Assembly (NCBI GenBank): GCA_964646925.1
Contig: CAZYIC010000002.1
Span: 1 to 50,867, forward strand
Direction: 5' to 3'
Length of the DNA stretch: 50,867 bases
Origin: an uncultured Gammaproteobacteria bacterium
GTDB lineage: Bacteria > Patescibacteriota > Microgenomatia > Levybacterales > UBA12049
Positions 16,558 to 25,976 of the stretch are shown in pieces. Below the pieces are notes generated by a model. That model was given only the letters and a program-made list of their open reading frames with translations. It had not been told where the DNA came from and did no database searches. The stretch's first letter is position 1, and every line of letters begins with the position of its first letter. Both the position numbers and the translations under genes were made by a program.

Positions 16558-17547
16558 ACACTCTATTCCCAAATTACCTCAATTGAGCATTTATTGCAAG
16601 CTTTCGATGAATTCAAAAAAGGCAAAAGAAGTAAAAAAGACGTGCAGTTTTTCGAAAGATTTTTAGAGGATAATCTTTTTGATTTGCATAGAAGGTTAGA
16701 AGCAAAAATCTATAAGCATTCTTCCTATACAGCTTTTAATATTTATGATCCTAAATTTCGCCATATTCATAAAGCAAAAGTTGCGGATAGAATAATGCAT
16801 CATGCCATAGTTTCAATAATTGAGCCAATTTTTGATAAAACATTTATCTATGATTCATATTCTTGCCGCAAAGAAAAGGGAACGCATAAAGCAGTTAAGA
16901 GATTATTTTATTTTGTAAGAAAAGTCAGCAGAAATTATACAGGAGATTGCTTTGCTCTGAAGCTTGATATTCGAAAATTCTTTGAAAATGTTGATCATCA
17001 GATTTTACTTAACCAGATAAAAAAGAGGATAGGCGATGATGACTTGCTATGGCTTCTTAAAAATATTTTGCAGAGTTTTTCAAAAGATAAAGGTATGCCT
17101 ATAGGAAATCTGACAAGTCAGGTGTTTGCAAATATTTACCTAAATGAATTGGATCAATTCATGAAACATGATCTAAAGATTAGATACTACCTTAGGTATT
17201 CAGATGACTTTGTTATTTTATCTCAAGACATTAATTATTTGAAAGGACTAATAAGGGGAATAGAAATATTTCTAAAAGAAAATTTGAAGCTATCTTTGCA
17301 TGAAGATAAGATCATAATCCGAAAATATACACAAGGAATTGATTTCTTAGGATATATTGTTCTGCCTCATTATGTTTTGCCGAGAACTAAGACGAAAAAG
17401 AGAATATTTAAGAAATTAAAGGAGAAAGTTGGTTCGGAAAATTTTGATCAGTCCTTGCAGTCATATTTAGGATACTTAGGATATGCGAATGCGTTTAGGC
17501 TTGCAGAGAAACTAAAGAATGAGATTTGGCTATGGAAAAAAGAATGA
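16543..17547 (+). CDS. DGR-type reverse transcriptase
   Basis: 334 aa with motif 4 PIGNLTSQVFANIYLNELD (the SQ signature of DGR RTs), the catalytic box RYSDDFVIL and ALKLDIRKFFENVDH. GTG start. Confidence 0.9.
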   Translation: MILTHTLYSQITSIEHLLQAFDEFKKGKRSKKDVQFFERFLEDNLFDLHRRLEAKIYKHSSYTAFNIYDPKFRHIHKAKVADRIMHHAIVSIIEPIFDKTFIYDSYSCRKEKGTHKAVKRLFYFVRKVSRNYTGDCFALKLDIRKFFENVDHQILLNQIKKRIGDDDLLWLLKNILQSFSKDKGMPIGNLTSQVFANIYLNELDQFMKHDLKIRYYLRYSDDFVILSQDINYLKGLIRGIEIFLKENLKLSLHEDKIIIRKYTQGIDFLGYIVLPHYVLPRTKTKKRIFKKLKEKVGSENFDQSLQSYLGYLGYANAFRLAEKLKNEIWLWKKE

Positions 17548-17573
17548 TATTCTTGTGTTATAATCAAGACGAA

Positions 17574-18149
17574 ATGATAGGGTACTTAAATGGCGTTGTA
17601 TTTTTTAAAGATGGTAATTCTATAATTCTTGATGTTAATGGAGTTGGATACAAAGTTCTGGCTGCGCAGGATGTTTTATCAAAAGCGATTAAGGGCGTTT
17701 CATTGGAGCTTTTCATTTACACTCATGTCAGGGAAGACAATATTTCTCTTTTTGGTTTTCTGGAAGCTGCCGATTTAAAACTTTTCGAAAACCTCATTGG
17801 AGTTTCCGGTATTGGGCCCAAAACTGCAATGAACATTTTTTCAATAGGCGACAGAAATCAAATTGCTTCAGCAATAGTAACGGCTGACACTTCTTTTTTT
17901 AAGGGAGTTCCAAGATTAGGTCAGAAAAATGCGCAGAAAATAATAATTGAGTTAAAAAATAAATTTGGTGCAATTGCCGAGCTTGATTTAAGTGGGGATG
18001 GCATGTCTGGAAGCGAAGATGCGGTATCTGCGTTAAGAAGCTTTGGTTTTACAAGCAAAGAAATTCACGATGCAATAAGAGCTATTAAAAAAGACGGACA
18101 AGAAACAACAGAAACAATTAAATTAGCGCTAAAATACCTTGGAAAATAA
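17574..18149 (+). CDS. ruvA: Holliday junction helicase subunit RuvA
   Basis: MIGYLNGVV... followed by LIGVSGIGPKTAMNI (HhH). I place the start at ATG 17574 rather than the ORF-track start at 17526. Confidence 0.8.
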   Translation: MIGYLNGVVFFKDGNSIILDVNGVGYKVLAAQDVLSKAIKGVSLELFIYTHVREDNISLFGFLEAADLKLFENLIGVSGIGPKTAMNIFSIGDRNQIASAIVTADTSFFKGVPRLGQKNAQKIIIELKNKFGAIAELDLSGDGMSGSEDAVSALRSFGFTSKEIHDAIRAIKKDGQETTETIKLALKYLGK

Positions 18150-18252
18150 TTTTCAATTTGAAATTTAAAATTTGAAATGAAATCTAAATGTTTAAAAATT
18201 TAAGCTTGAAAATTCAATGAAAATTAAAAATTGAAAATTTCAAATTAAAGCT

Positions 18253-19302
18253 ATGATAGATAAAAAAGTAAAAAATAAAAAAGACGTACTTGAAAGCACA
18301 AGTCCTGAGGAGGAAATGTTGTTTACTTCTCTTCGCGTAAAAGAGTGGAGTCAATTTCATGGGCAGAAAGATATTAAAGAATCTTTGAAAATTACAATTG
18401 CTGCGTCTAAAAAGAGAAAAGAAGCAATAGAACATGTTCTTCTGTATGGGCCACCGGGACTTGGTAAAACGACATTGTCTCATTTGATTGCCAAAGAAAT
18501 GGACGCGAATATCAGAATTACTTCCGGTCCTGCAATTGAAAGAGCTGGGGATCTAGCATCAATTTTAACCAATCTTGAAAAGGGAGATATTCTTTTCATA
18601 GACGAAATTCATAGGCTCAATAAAGTGGTTGAAGAGACTTTGTATCCCGCGATGGAGGATTATTGCCTGGATGTAATTTTGGGAAAAGGACCATCTGCAA
18701 AAAGTCTCAGACTTGATCTTCCTCAGTTTACAATAATTGGCGCGACAACAAGGATAGGGTTAATGTCAGCGCCATTAAGAGACAGATTTGGATTGGTTCA
18801 TAGGCTTAATTTTTATACTCCGGTTGAACTTGAAACAATAGTTGTCAATGCTGCAAAAAAATTAAAAGTGAAAGTCGATAAAGAAGCTATCTCGGAAATT
18901 GCCAAAAGAGCAAGGGGAACTCCGAGAATTGCCTTAAAATTATTAAAAAGGGCAAGGGATTACGCGCAAGTAAAAGCAGGCGGAGATATAGATAAAGTAA
19001 ATATTGCGCAAGCTTTGGATTTATTAGGCGTTGATCCGTTTGGACTGGATGGTTTGGACAGAAGATATTTAAAAAATATTATAGAAAAGCATGGTGGAGG
19101 ACCGGTTGGCATAGAAACTATTGCCGCATCAATATCTGAAGACATAGGGACGGTTGAAGAAGTTGTAGAGCCTTATTTATTGCAACTCGGATTTATAAAA
19201 AGAACTAAATCAGGACGAGTCGCAACCAAATCCGCCTTTGAGCATTTGGGCAAAAAATTTAATCCGTCATCTGGCGGAAAAAACCAGCAAAAACTTCTTT
19301 AA
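18253..19302 (+). CDS. ruvB: Holliday junction helicase subunit RuvB
   Basis: 349 aa with [19 protein letters not shown] and GATTR. Confidence 0.9.
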   Translation: MIDKKVKNKKDVLESTSPEEEMLFTSLRVKEWSQFHGQKDIKESLKITIAASKKRKEAIEHVLLYGPPGLGKTTLSHLIAKEMDANIRITSGPAIERAGDLASILTNLEKGDILFIDEIHRLNKVVEETLYPAMEDYCLDVILGKGPSAKSLRLDLPQFTIIGATTRIGLMSAPLRDRFGLVHRLNFYTPVELETIVVNAAKKLKVKVDKEAISEIAKRARGTPRIALKLLKRARDYAQVKAGGDIDKVNIAQALDLLGVDPFGLDGLDRRYLKNIIEKHGGGPVGIETIAASISEDIGTVEEVVEPYLLQLGFIKRTKSGRVATKSAFEHLGKKFNPSSGGKNQQKLL

Positions 19303-21665
19303 AGTCCAAGTCTAAAGATGTTTTGGAAGAAGGGGTTAAAGGTTATTATTGCCTGAAGAATAAGGGTAATAATTGCCCCAATAACAAGAAACTTGTTTAA
19401 TCTAAAAATTGATTTTCCTCTGACTATAAATGCCAATATCATGTGGGATACGATTAAAAGATTAAATACTACTGTTCGGGCAAGCATTTCCGAGCTGCTT
19501 AGTTTGAGCGTTGCATTAAAGACAAAAATAAAAAGAACAGAAAGTGAAATTCCGGAAGTCAAAATAAATATCAATCTATGATTGCTAAGAATCGGGGCAT
19601 TTGGGTTTCTTGGTTTTTTACTCAAAATATCAGGATCTTTATTGTCGGAGGCAAGAGCCAAGGCAGGCAAGCCATCCGTAACCAGATTTATCCATAGAAT
19701 CTGGGTAGGGAATAATGGATTTGGTAATCCAAATACCATAGCCAGGAAAACAAACAATATCTCGGATAAATTACCTGAAAGAAGATAGGTAATGGATTTT
19801 AAAATATTATTATAAATTGTTCTTCCTTCTTCAACTGCAGAAACAATAGTTGAAAAATTATCATCTGTCAGAATAATATCACTTGCCTCTTTTGCAACAT
19901 CCGTTCCGGATTCTCCCATTGCTAAGCCTACGTCTGCCCGTTTTAGAGCAAGAGCATCATTGACACCGTCTCCTGTTACACCGACCACGTAGCCCATTTT
20001 TTTGAGAATTGTTACGAGTCTTAGTTTGTCTTCCGGTTTTGTGCGGGCAAAAATTCTGGTTTTAAGAATTATTCCTTGCAGTTGTTCATCGGTGAGTTTT
20101 GCTATTTCTTCTCCCGTTGTGATATCATCGCCACTTTCCAAAAGTCCAATCTCCCGGGCGATTGTTGTTGCGGTTAGCGTATTATCTCCTGTTACCATTA
20201 TGGTATGAATTCCTGCTTTTTTTGATTCCTCAACTGCTTTTTTTGCTTCAAGACGGGGTGGATCATAAATCCCGACAATACCTAAAAAAGTCAGGTCTTT
20301 TTCAGCATCTTTTCTTTCAATGTCTCCATTATGCGTTGAAGTTCTTGTTCCAAATCCGATAACTCTAAGCCCTTCTTTTGCGTACTCTTCATAAATTGTA
20401 TTGATTTCTTCTTTTTCTTTTTGGGAAAGTTTGCTTTTAGATATAATTGTTTCCGGAGCTCCTCTTACAAAAATGTGTTTTGCTTTGTTGTTTTCAAGAA
20501 TAGTTGTAATTGTTACATTTTGTGAATCAATAGCATACTCTTCAAGAATCTTATCCTTCCTTACCAAGTCTTTTATATTTTGCATTTTTTCATATGCCCA
20601 AATAAGTAGAGCTCCATCGGTTTTATCTCCGACAATATCAAACGAGTTTTTCTCTTTTTTTTCAATAAGAGACGCTGTATTTCCCAAAACACAAGCTTTT
20701 ACAAGAGAGTCAACATGATCACTTTTAGGTGTCCAAAACTTTTTGACCCGCATTATATTCTGAGTTAAGGTTCCGGTTTTATCGGTTATTATTATTTGTA
20801 CTGCTCCCAATGTCTCAACAGCCTGCATTCGTCTGACAATTGCTTTTCTTTTTGCCATTTTTGAAGTTCCAATTGCTAAGGAAATGGTAACTACAGCAGG
20901 TAGTCCTTCGGGAATTGCCGCAATTCCGATGCTTACAGCGATAAGCAAAAGGGGCACAAATTCTTTTTCCTGGAAAATTCCAAGAGGAATAATGAAAGCA
21001 GCTACAAGGAGAATAATAATTGATAAAGTTTTTGCAAGGCCGTCCAGACGTTTTTGAAGTGGCGTTTTGTCCGGGGTAACTTGGGACAGCGTCTGAGCTA
21101 TCTGTCCAAGCCGGGTATCTTTTCCTATTTTTTCTACACTAAATTTAGAATTGCCTTTTGTTACGAGGGTGCCGGAATAAATTGAATCATTTGCATTTTT
21201 AATAACAGACAAAGACTCTCCCGTCAAAATTGATTCATCTATTTCTAAAAATTTATTTGAGATAATTTTTCCATCTGCGGGTATTCTGTCTCCTTCAGAA
21301 ACTAAGATAATATCTCCCGGGACTATTTCGGCTGCTTCAAGCTGAATCATCTTTCCGTCGCGAATCGCGCGGACAGTAGATTTTACGTAAGTTTTAAGTT
21401 TGTCCAAGGACTTTTCTGCCCGATATTCTTGTATAAAGCCAAAAAATGCATTTAAAAACAAAATAATTAAAATAAATATTCCGTCTACGATGCTTTGGGT
21501 TAAAAAAGAAATAACTGCGGCGGCAATAAGGATGACGTTGATAAAGGTAGGAAATTGTGAGGTAAAAAGCGAAAGGGTGGAAATCCTTTCTTGTGTGGTG
21601 ATTTCATTTTTTCCAAAAAACTCCTGTTTTCTTTTTGCCTCAAATGTTGTTAATCCCCTTTCCAT
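19299..21665 (-). CDS. cation-transporting P-type ATPase (P2, Ca2+/Mg2+-like)
   Basis: 788 aa with [36 protein letters not shown] and about 8-10 TM segments. Confidence 0.85.
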   Translation of the reverse strand: MERGLTTFEAKRKQEFFGKNEITTQERISTLSLFTSQFPTFINVILIAAAVISFLTQSIVDGIFILIILFLNAFFGFIQEYRAEKSLDKLKTYVKSTVRAIRDGKMIQLEAAEIVPGDIILVSEGDRIPADGKIISNKFLEIDESILTGESLSVIKNANDSIYSGTLVTKGNSKFSVEKIGKDTRLGQIAQTLSQVTPDKTPLQKRLDGLAKTLSIIILLVAAFIIPLGIFQEKEFVPLLLIAVSIGIAAIPEGLPAVVTISLAIGTSKMAKRKAIVRRMQAVETLGAVQIIITDKTGTLTQNIMRVKKFWTPKSDHVDSLVKACVLGNTASLIEKKEKNSFDIVGDKTDGALLIWAYEKMQNIKDLVRKDKILEEYAIDSQNVTITTILENNKAKHIFVRGAPETIISKSKLSQKEKEEINTIYEEYAKEGLRVIGFGTRTSTHNGDIERKDAEKDLTFLGIVGIYDPPRLEAKKAVEESKKAGIHTIMVTGDNTLTATTIAREIGLLESGDDITTGEEIAKLTDEQLQGIILKTRIFARTKPEDKLRLVTILKKMGYVVGVTGDGVNDALALKRADVGLAMGESGTDVAKEASDIILTDDNFSTIVSAVEEGRTIYNNILKSITYLLSGNLSEILFVFLAMVFGLPNPLFPTQILWINLVTDGLPALALASDNKDPDILSKKPRNPNAPILSNHRLIFILTSGISLSVLFIFVFNATLKLSSSEMLARTVVFNLLIVSHMILAFIVRGKSIFRLNKFLVIGAIITLILQAIITFNPFFQNIFRLGL

Positions 21666-21667
21666 AT

Positions 21668-23212
21668 CTATATATTATCATTTCGCGGTCTGTATTGAAG
21701 AGCTTCTGCAACATGTACTGAGTTTATTTCTTTTAGTCCTTCCAGGTCAGCAATGGTTCTGGCTAATTTAATAGTCCGATTATATGATCGCGCAGACAAA
21801 TTCATTCTTACAACTGCCAGTCGCAAAAGTTTAACGCAGTTTTCATCCAAAATGCAGAATTCCTTTATCTCCTTATTGCCCATTTCGGAATTGGAGCTGA
21901 TTTTTTTATGCTTGAATCTTTTGGTTTGAATATCGCGGGCTTTTTGCACTCGCTTCCTGATTTTAGGGGATCCTTCCCCTTCGCTTTGCTCAGGGTCAGG
22001 ATGATTCTGCTGAGTCAGTTTTTCTACTTTTACAGCCGGCACATCCAGATGAATGTCAATTCTGTCCAACATCGGACCCGAGACGCGTCTTTGGTAACGG
22101 ATTATTTGATTTAAATTGCACTTGCAATTTTTTGTAGGATTTCCAAAAAATCCGCAGGGACAGGGATTTTGTGCGGCAATCAACATAAATTTTGCCGGAA
22201 AATTTACGCGTCCCTGGGATCTGGAAATTGTAACAGTCCCATCTTCCACAGGCTGTCTTAAAGCTTCAAGAACATGACGTGGAAATTCAGGAAATTCATC
22301 CAAAAAAAGAACTCCGCGATGAGCCAGGGAAATTTCTCCGGGCCGCGGAGTTGTTCCTCCGCCGATTAAACCGATATGGGAGGTAGTGTGATGAGGAGAC
22401 CGGAATGGTCTTGATACAATTAACGCTCTTTTGTCCAATAGTCCGGATATGCTGTAGATTTTTGTTACCTCAAGCGCTTCCTGTAAAGTAAGAGTTGGAA
22501 GAATCGAGGGGAGTGTGCGAGCAAGAAGTGTTTTTCCGGCGCCCGGAGGACCTTTCAATAAAATATTGTGATTTCCTGCTGCAGCAATCTCCAAAGCTCT
22601 TTTTGCTCCTTCCTGTCCTTTGACATCCCTCATGTCAAATTCAAAAATCTCATTATTAAAATGGTCTTTTAGATTCAAATGCTTCAGGGGATTTATCGGT
22701 TTTTGATTTTTTAAATGAAAGAAAAGTTGGGATAAGGTATTGATGGGATAAATTTTTATACCCTTCAAAATTGCCGCTTCTTTTGCATTTATTTGTGGAA
22801 GAAAAATCCTTTTTAGCTTTTTACTTTGCGCAAGAAGGGCCTGGGGCAGAACACCGTTTGTGTGCCTTAATCTGCCATCCAAAGATAACTCTCCCATGAA
22901 TATTGCGTCGTTTATGTCCGCTTCGATTTGTCCTGACGCTATCAAAATTCCCAGAGCAATTGGTAAATCGTATGATGGTCCTTCTTTTGGCAGATCCGCA
23001 GGCGCAAGGTTTACGGTAATTCGATGATCGGGAAATGCAGCATTGGAATTAAGAATAGCAGATCTGACGCGCTCTCTTGCCTCATCAACTGCTTTGTCAG
23101 GCAAGCCAACAATTGTAAAACTTGGCAAACCCCGTGAGGAAATATCCACTTCAACTTCAACAGGAACCGCATCAAGTCCAACCACCGCAGAAGAATTCAC
23201 TTTCGAGAGCAT
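21668..23212 (-). CDS. comM: YifB/ComM family Mg-chelatase-like AAA ATPase
   Basis: 514 aa with an N-terminal Lon-protease-like fold (GLPSFTIVGLPD), GPPGAGKT, LFLDEFPEF and a C4-like CPCG...CKC. Confidence 0.85.
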   Translation of the reverse strand: MLSKVNSSAVVGLDAVPVEVEVDISSRGLPSFTIVGLPDKAVDEARERVRSAILNSNAAFPDHRITVNLAPADLPKEGPSYDLPIALGILIASGQIEADINDAIFMGELSLDGRLRHTNGVLPQALLAQSKKLKRIFLPQINAKEAAILKGIKIYPINTLSQLFFHLKNQKPINPLKHLNLKDHFNNEIFEFDMRDVKGQEGAKRALEIAAAGNHNILLKGPPGAGKTLLARTLPSILPTLTLQEALEVTKIYSISGLLDKRALIVSRPFRSPHHTTSHIGLIGGGTTPRPGEISLAHRGVLFLDEFPEFPRHVLEALRQPVEDGTVTISRSQGRVNFPAKFMLIAAQNPCPCGFFGNPTKNCKCNLNQIIRYQRRVSGPMLDRIDIHLDVPAVKVEKLTQQNHPDPEQSEGEGSPKIRKRVQKARDIQTKRFKHKKISSNSEMGNKEIKEFCILDENCVKLLRLAVVRMNLSARSYNRTIKLARTIADLEGLKEINSVHVAEALQYRPRNDNI

Positions 23213-23280
23213 ATGGCAATGATAGCATTTTTTAGATTTTTAGGTTGACATTGGATTCGGATTTGGGATACATTTAAGAT

Positions 23281-23958
23281 ATGGAACAAAAACCCAAATC
23301 TTTTTATCTTAAGTTAGCTGTAGGCGTTGTTGGTCTCTTATTTTTTTTTAATCTTCTTTTTTTAGATTTAACTATTTTTAAAAATCAAAAAGAAGGCTTA
23401 AAAATTACGCTCCCGCAAGTTTCCTTACCGCAGGAGCAAAATAAAGTTTGTCCTGCAACATGCGTTTCGCAAATCTACGAAGCAACGCGCTCCTCAAAAC
23501 TTTTATCCGTCCCAACTCCGACTATTTTGCCTCAAGCTATTGCAGAATCTACTCCGGCCAATACCCCAATTCCTACCCAATCCCAATCGTCTTTTGTAAA
23601 AGAATTTTTTGTTCCTTTCGGGTTCGGATCCAGTACTGCGGATGATTGGAAGGATGTGGGCGGACTTAAAGCAACAATAGACTCTACGAATTATGGAGAT
23701 ATCAAAACTGTAACTTTTGAGGCTTCTATTCGTATTCCTACGGGAAATGAAGCTGCCTATGTCCGCTTATATAATGTTACAGATAAACATCCTGTCTGGT
23801 ATTCGGACTTGTTGCTGGAGGGGGGGACTCCTTCGCTTCTTGTTTCAAAGCCTATAACATTGGACAGCGGAAATAAAACTTACCAGGTACAAATGAAAAC
23901 AAGCCTTAAATATGAAGCATTTCTGGATCAGGCAAGACTTCATATTGTCACTTTTTAA
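23281..23958 (+). CDS. hypothetical membrane-anchored / secreted protein
   Basis: 225 aa with an N-terminal TM segment (LAVGVVGLLFFFNLLFL), a Pro/Thr linker and a beta-rich C-terminus. Confidence 0.4.
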   Translation: MEQKPKSFYLKLAVGVVGLLFFFNLLFLDLTIFKNQKEGLKITLPQVSLPQEQNKVCPATCVSQIYEATRSSKLLSVPTPTILPQAIAESTPANTPIPTQSQSSFVKEFFVPFGFGSSTADDWKDVGGLKATIDSTNYGDIKTVTFEASIRIPTGNEAAYVRLYNVTDKHPVWYSDLLLEGGTPSLLVSKPITLDSGNKTYQVQMKTSLKYEAFLDQARLHIVTF

Positions 23959-24077
23959 CTCTCTTAATTTTTATCTTAAGTAATAAAGATCACAGTAATT
24001 TAGTAATTGGGTTTACTGATGTTTCTAGGTTTGTAATATATTTTAAAACAATCCTGCTTTGAAATAATTAAATCTGT

Positions 24078-24713
24078 ATGATATTTAAAAATCGAATTTT
24101 ACTTATAATTTCCGCATTAATTATCATCTTTCTAATTTCGGGCGCTTATGCATTTGGAATTTTATGCATAGGAGATATTTGTGTGAATAAAGGCGCGGTA
24201 GAGATCAATAAGCTGGTTTCAAATCCTAAGACTTTGAAAATGGTAGATAATCTAGGCGTAGATGATCCTAAATATCATTTAAATGCAATTGTTAATTTTC
24301 AATTACGAATAAAGAATCCTACAAATTCAAAAATATCCGGCGTAACTGTTAAAGATATTTTTCCGCAATATGTAGATTTTGATGAAGGCGCAGGCAGTTT
24401 TGATCCCAAGACCAAAATTCTAGCATTTGACATTAAAAATCTCACAGCTGGGGAAGAAAGAGTGCTTAATTTCTCAGGAAGAATCGCAAAAGAGATTCCA
24501 GCTTCTCAAAAGTCATTATGCGTATCAAATCAAGTCAGCGCAGTTGTTAAAAGCGGAAAGAGCACTTCTGATACCTCGAAGTTTTGCATAGCAACTTTAA
24601 CTTCATCTCCCGCAACAGGAACAAAAAGTCTTGCGCTTTTGCTTCTTGCCCCCGCAGGGATTATCGGTTGGACTTTAAGAAGATATCCAGTAAGAGGGAG
24701 GCTAATTGATTAA
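24078..24713 (+). CDS. surface protein with DUF11-like repeat and sortase-type C-terminal signal (SPATG)
   Basis: 211 aa with an N-terminal TM/signal. The C-terminus SSPATGTKSLALLLLAPAGIIGWTLRRYP is a motif plus hydrophobic stretch plus basic tail. Confidence 0.45.
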   Translation: MIFKNRILLIISALIIIFLISGAYAFGILCIGDICVNKGAVEINKLVSNPKTLKMVDNLGVDDPKYHLNAIVNFQLRIKNPTNSKISGVTVKDIFPQYVDFDEGAGSFDPKTKILAFDIKNLTAGEERVLNFSGRIAKEIPASQKSLCVSNQVSAVVKSGKSTSDTSKFCIATLTSSPATGTKSLALLLLAPAGIIGWTLRRYPVRGRLID

Positions 24714-24714
24714 T

Positions 24715-25491
24715 ATGAAATCCCTAAAAAGGTTGAATAAAGTATTCTTTACGCTTTACATAGCTCTACAAGTAGGCTTAGTAATTTTCCTTTCTAATTT
24801 ATTTATCTTTACTCGTTTGACATATGCATGGCAGACATCTCAATCGGCAGAGGCAGTATGCGTGTCTACTTCAGACGGAAGCGATATTTTCGTCAAAATT
24901 AGAGTTCATTTCATAAATAAAGAAGATATAAAATCAGTAAATGTAACCGCAGTAGACAACCAGACAGGAAGATCAATAGAATTTCCCACCCTTCGACCGG
25001 GAGAAGTGCATACGCGTTCCATACAAACCAGAGAAAAAAGCATAAACGATGGTACAGTTACCTTACATTTATCAAGACCCGATGGTAGCGAAACAGATCA
25101 AAGAAGAGTAAATTATACAAGTATTAATTGTCCTCAGTCCACTGTTACTCCAAGTCCAACGCCACGTACCCCAACTCCCACTCCGACAAGGCCGCCTCGG
25201 CCAACCAGAGTGCCAACACCTACAACGGTTTTAACAACAACTCCGACTCCAACTTCAGTCCCAAGTTTTAGTTCTGTAACTTCTACATCCACTTCTACGT
25301 CTGAGTCCACAGCAAACGTAAATGTAATTCAGCAGCCTCCCAGTCCTCCTGCCCAAACTGCGGTATTAGCCGCAAAAACAGTTACAGAACTGCCGAAAAC
25401 AGGAGCTTCAGATTTAATCCTACTTAATTTTCTCTCTTTACTTCCAATAGGAATGTTTCTAAGAGGTAAAGCTAAGAAACTTCTTCACTAG
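24715..25491 (+). CDS. LPXTG-anchored surface protein with a Pro/Thr-rich stalk
   Basis: ELPKTGASDLILLNFLSLLPIGMFLRGKAKK at the C-terminus and the linker TPSPTPRTPTPTPTRPPRPTRVPTPT. Start taken as ATG 24715 (the ORF track uses TTG 24706). Confidence 0.6.
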   Translation: MKSLKRLNKVFFTLYIALQVGLVIFLSNLFIFTRLTYAWQTSQSAEAVCVSTSDGSDIFVKIRVHFINKEDIKSVNVTAVDNQTGRSIEFPTLRPGEVHTRSIQTREKSINDGTVTLHLSRPDGSETDQRRVNYTSINCPQSTVTPSPTPRTPTPTPTRPPRPTRVPTPTTVLTTTPTPTSVPSFSSVTSTSTSTSESTANVNVIQQPPSPPAQTAVLAAKTVTELPKTGASDLILLNFLSLLPIGMFLRGKAKKLLH

Positions 25492-25541
25492 TTCTAAACG
25501 GTTTGTGCGCTATTGATTTTAGTGATATCATTATTATTGAA

Positions 25542-25970
25542 ATGAATAATGATAATAAAACACTAAATCAAACTCAGAATCAGGTTTTGCCTCAAGCTGT
25601 AATTCAGCCGGTTCAATCTGTTGCACCAGTTGGATCAGTCAATAAAGAGGTGGGGCCAATCGTTGCTCCCGTATCTGAATTTATTAAGCCAACAGAAACG
25701 GAACCACAGATTAGTCAGGAGCTTAAAGACATGGGGGTTGTGGAAAGAAAAGATGCTCTTATCTTGGACAATTCTCACAAGAGTATAGGCATTCAACATT
25801 CAGGAACGTCGACTCCTATACAAACAGCGCCTACGGGTAAGATTACGCTGCCAATGTCAGAAGATGAAGTTGCAGACAAACTTAAGTCAGGACAGGATGA
25901 TGATTCAGGTAAGTGGCTCGCGGCATTGATAAAAAAAATAATAGCTGTAATGAAGCTCAAAATTAGTTAA
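25542..25970 (+). CDS. hypothetical protein
   Basis: About 142 aa from ATG 25542 with no recognisable motif. Immediately upstream of the ATPase gene. Confidence 0.35.
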   Translation: MNNDNKTLNQTQNQVLPQAVIQPVQSVAPVGSVNKEVGPIVAPVSEFIKPTETEPQISQELKDMGVVERKDALILDNSHKSIGIQHSGTSTPIQTAPTGKITLPMSEDEVADKLKSGQDDDSGKWLAALIKKIIAVMKLKIS

Positions 25971-25976
25971 TAATTT

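Larger units (their letters stand above)
14933..17547 (+). mobile_element. diversity-generating retroelement (target-VR / TR / avd / RT)
   Basis: A VR/TR pair with adenine-only mismatches, an Avd-like four-helix-bundle gene and an RT with DGR motifs; see the component features. Confidence 0.9.
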
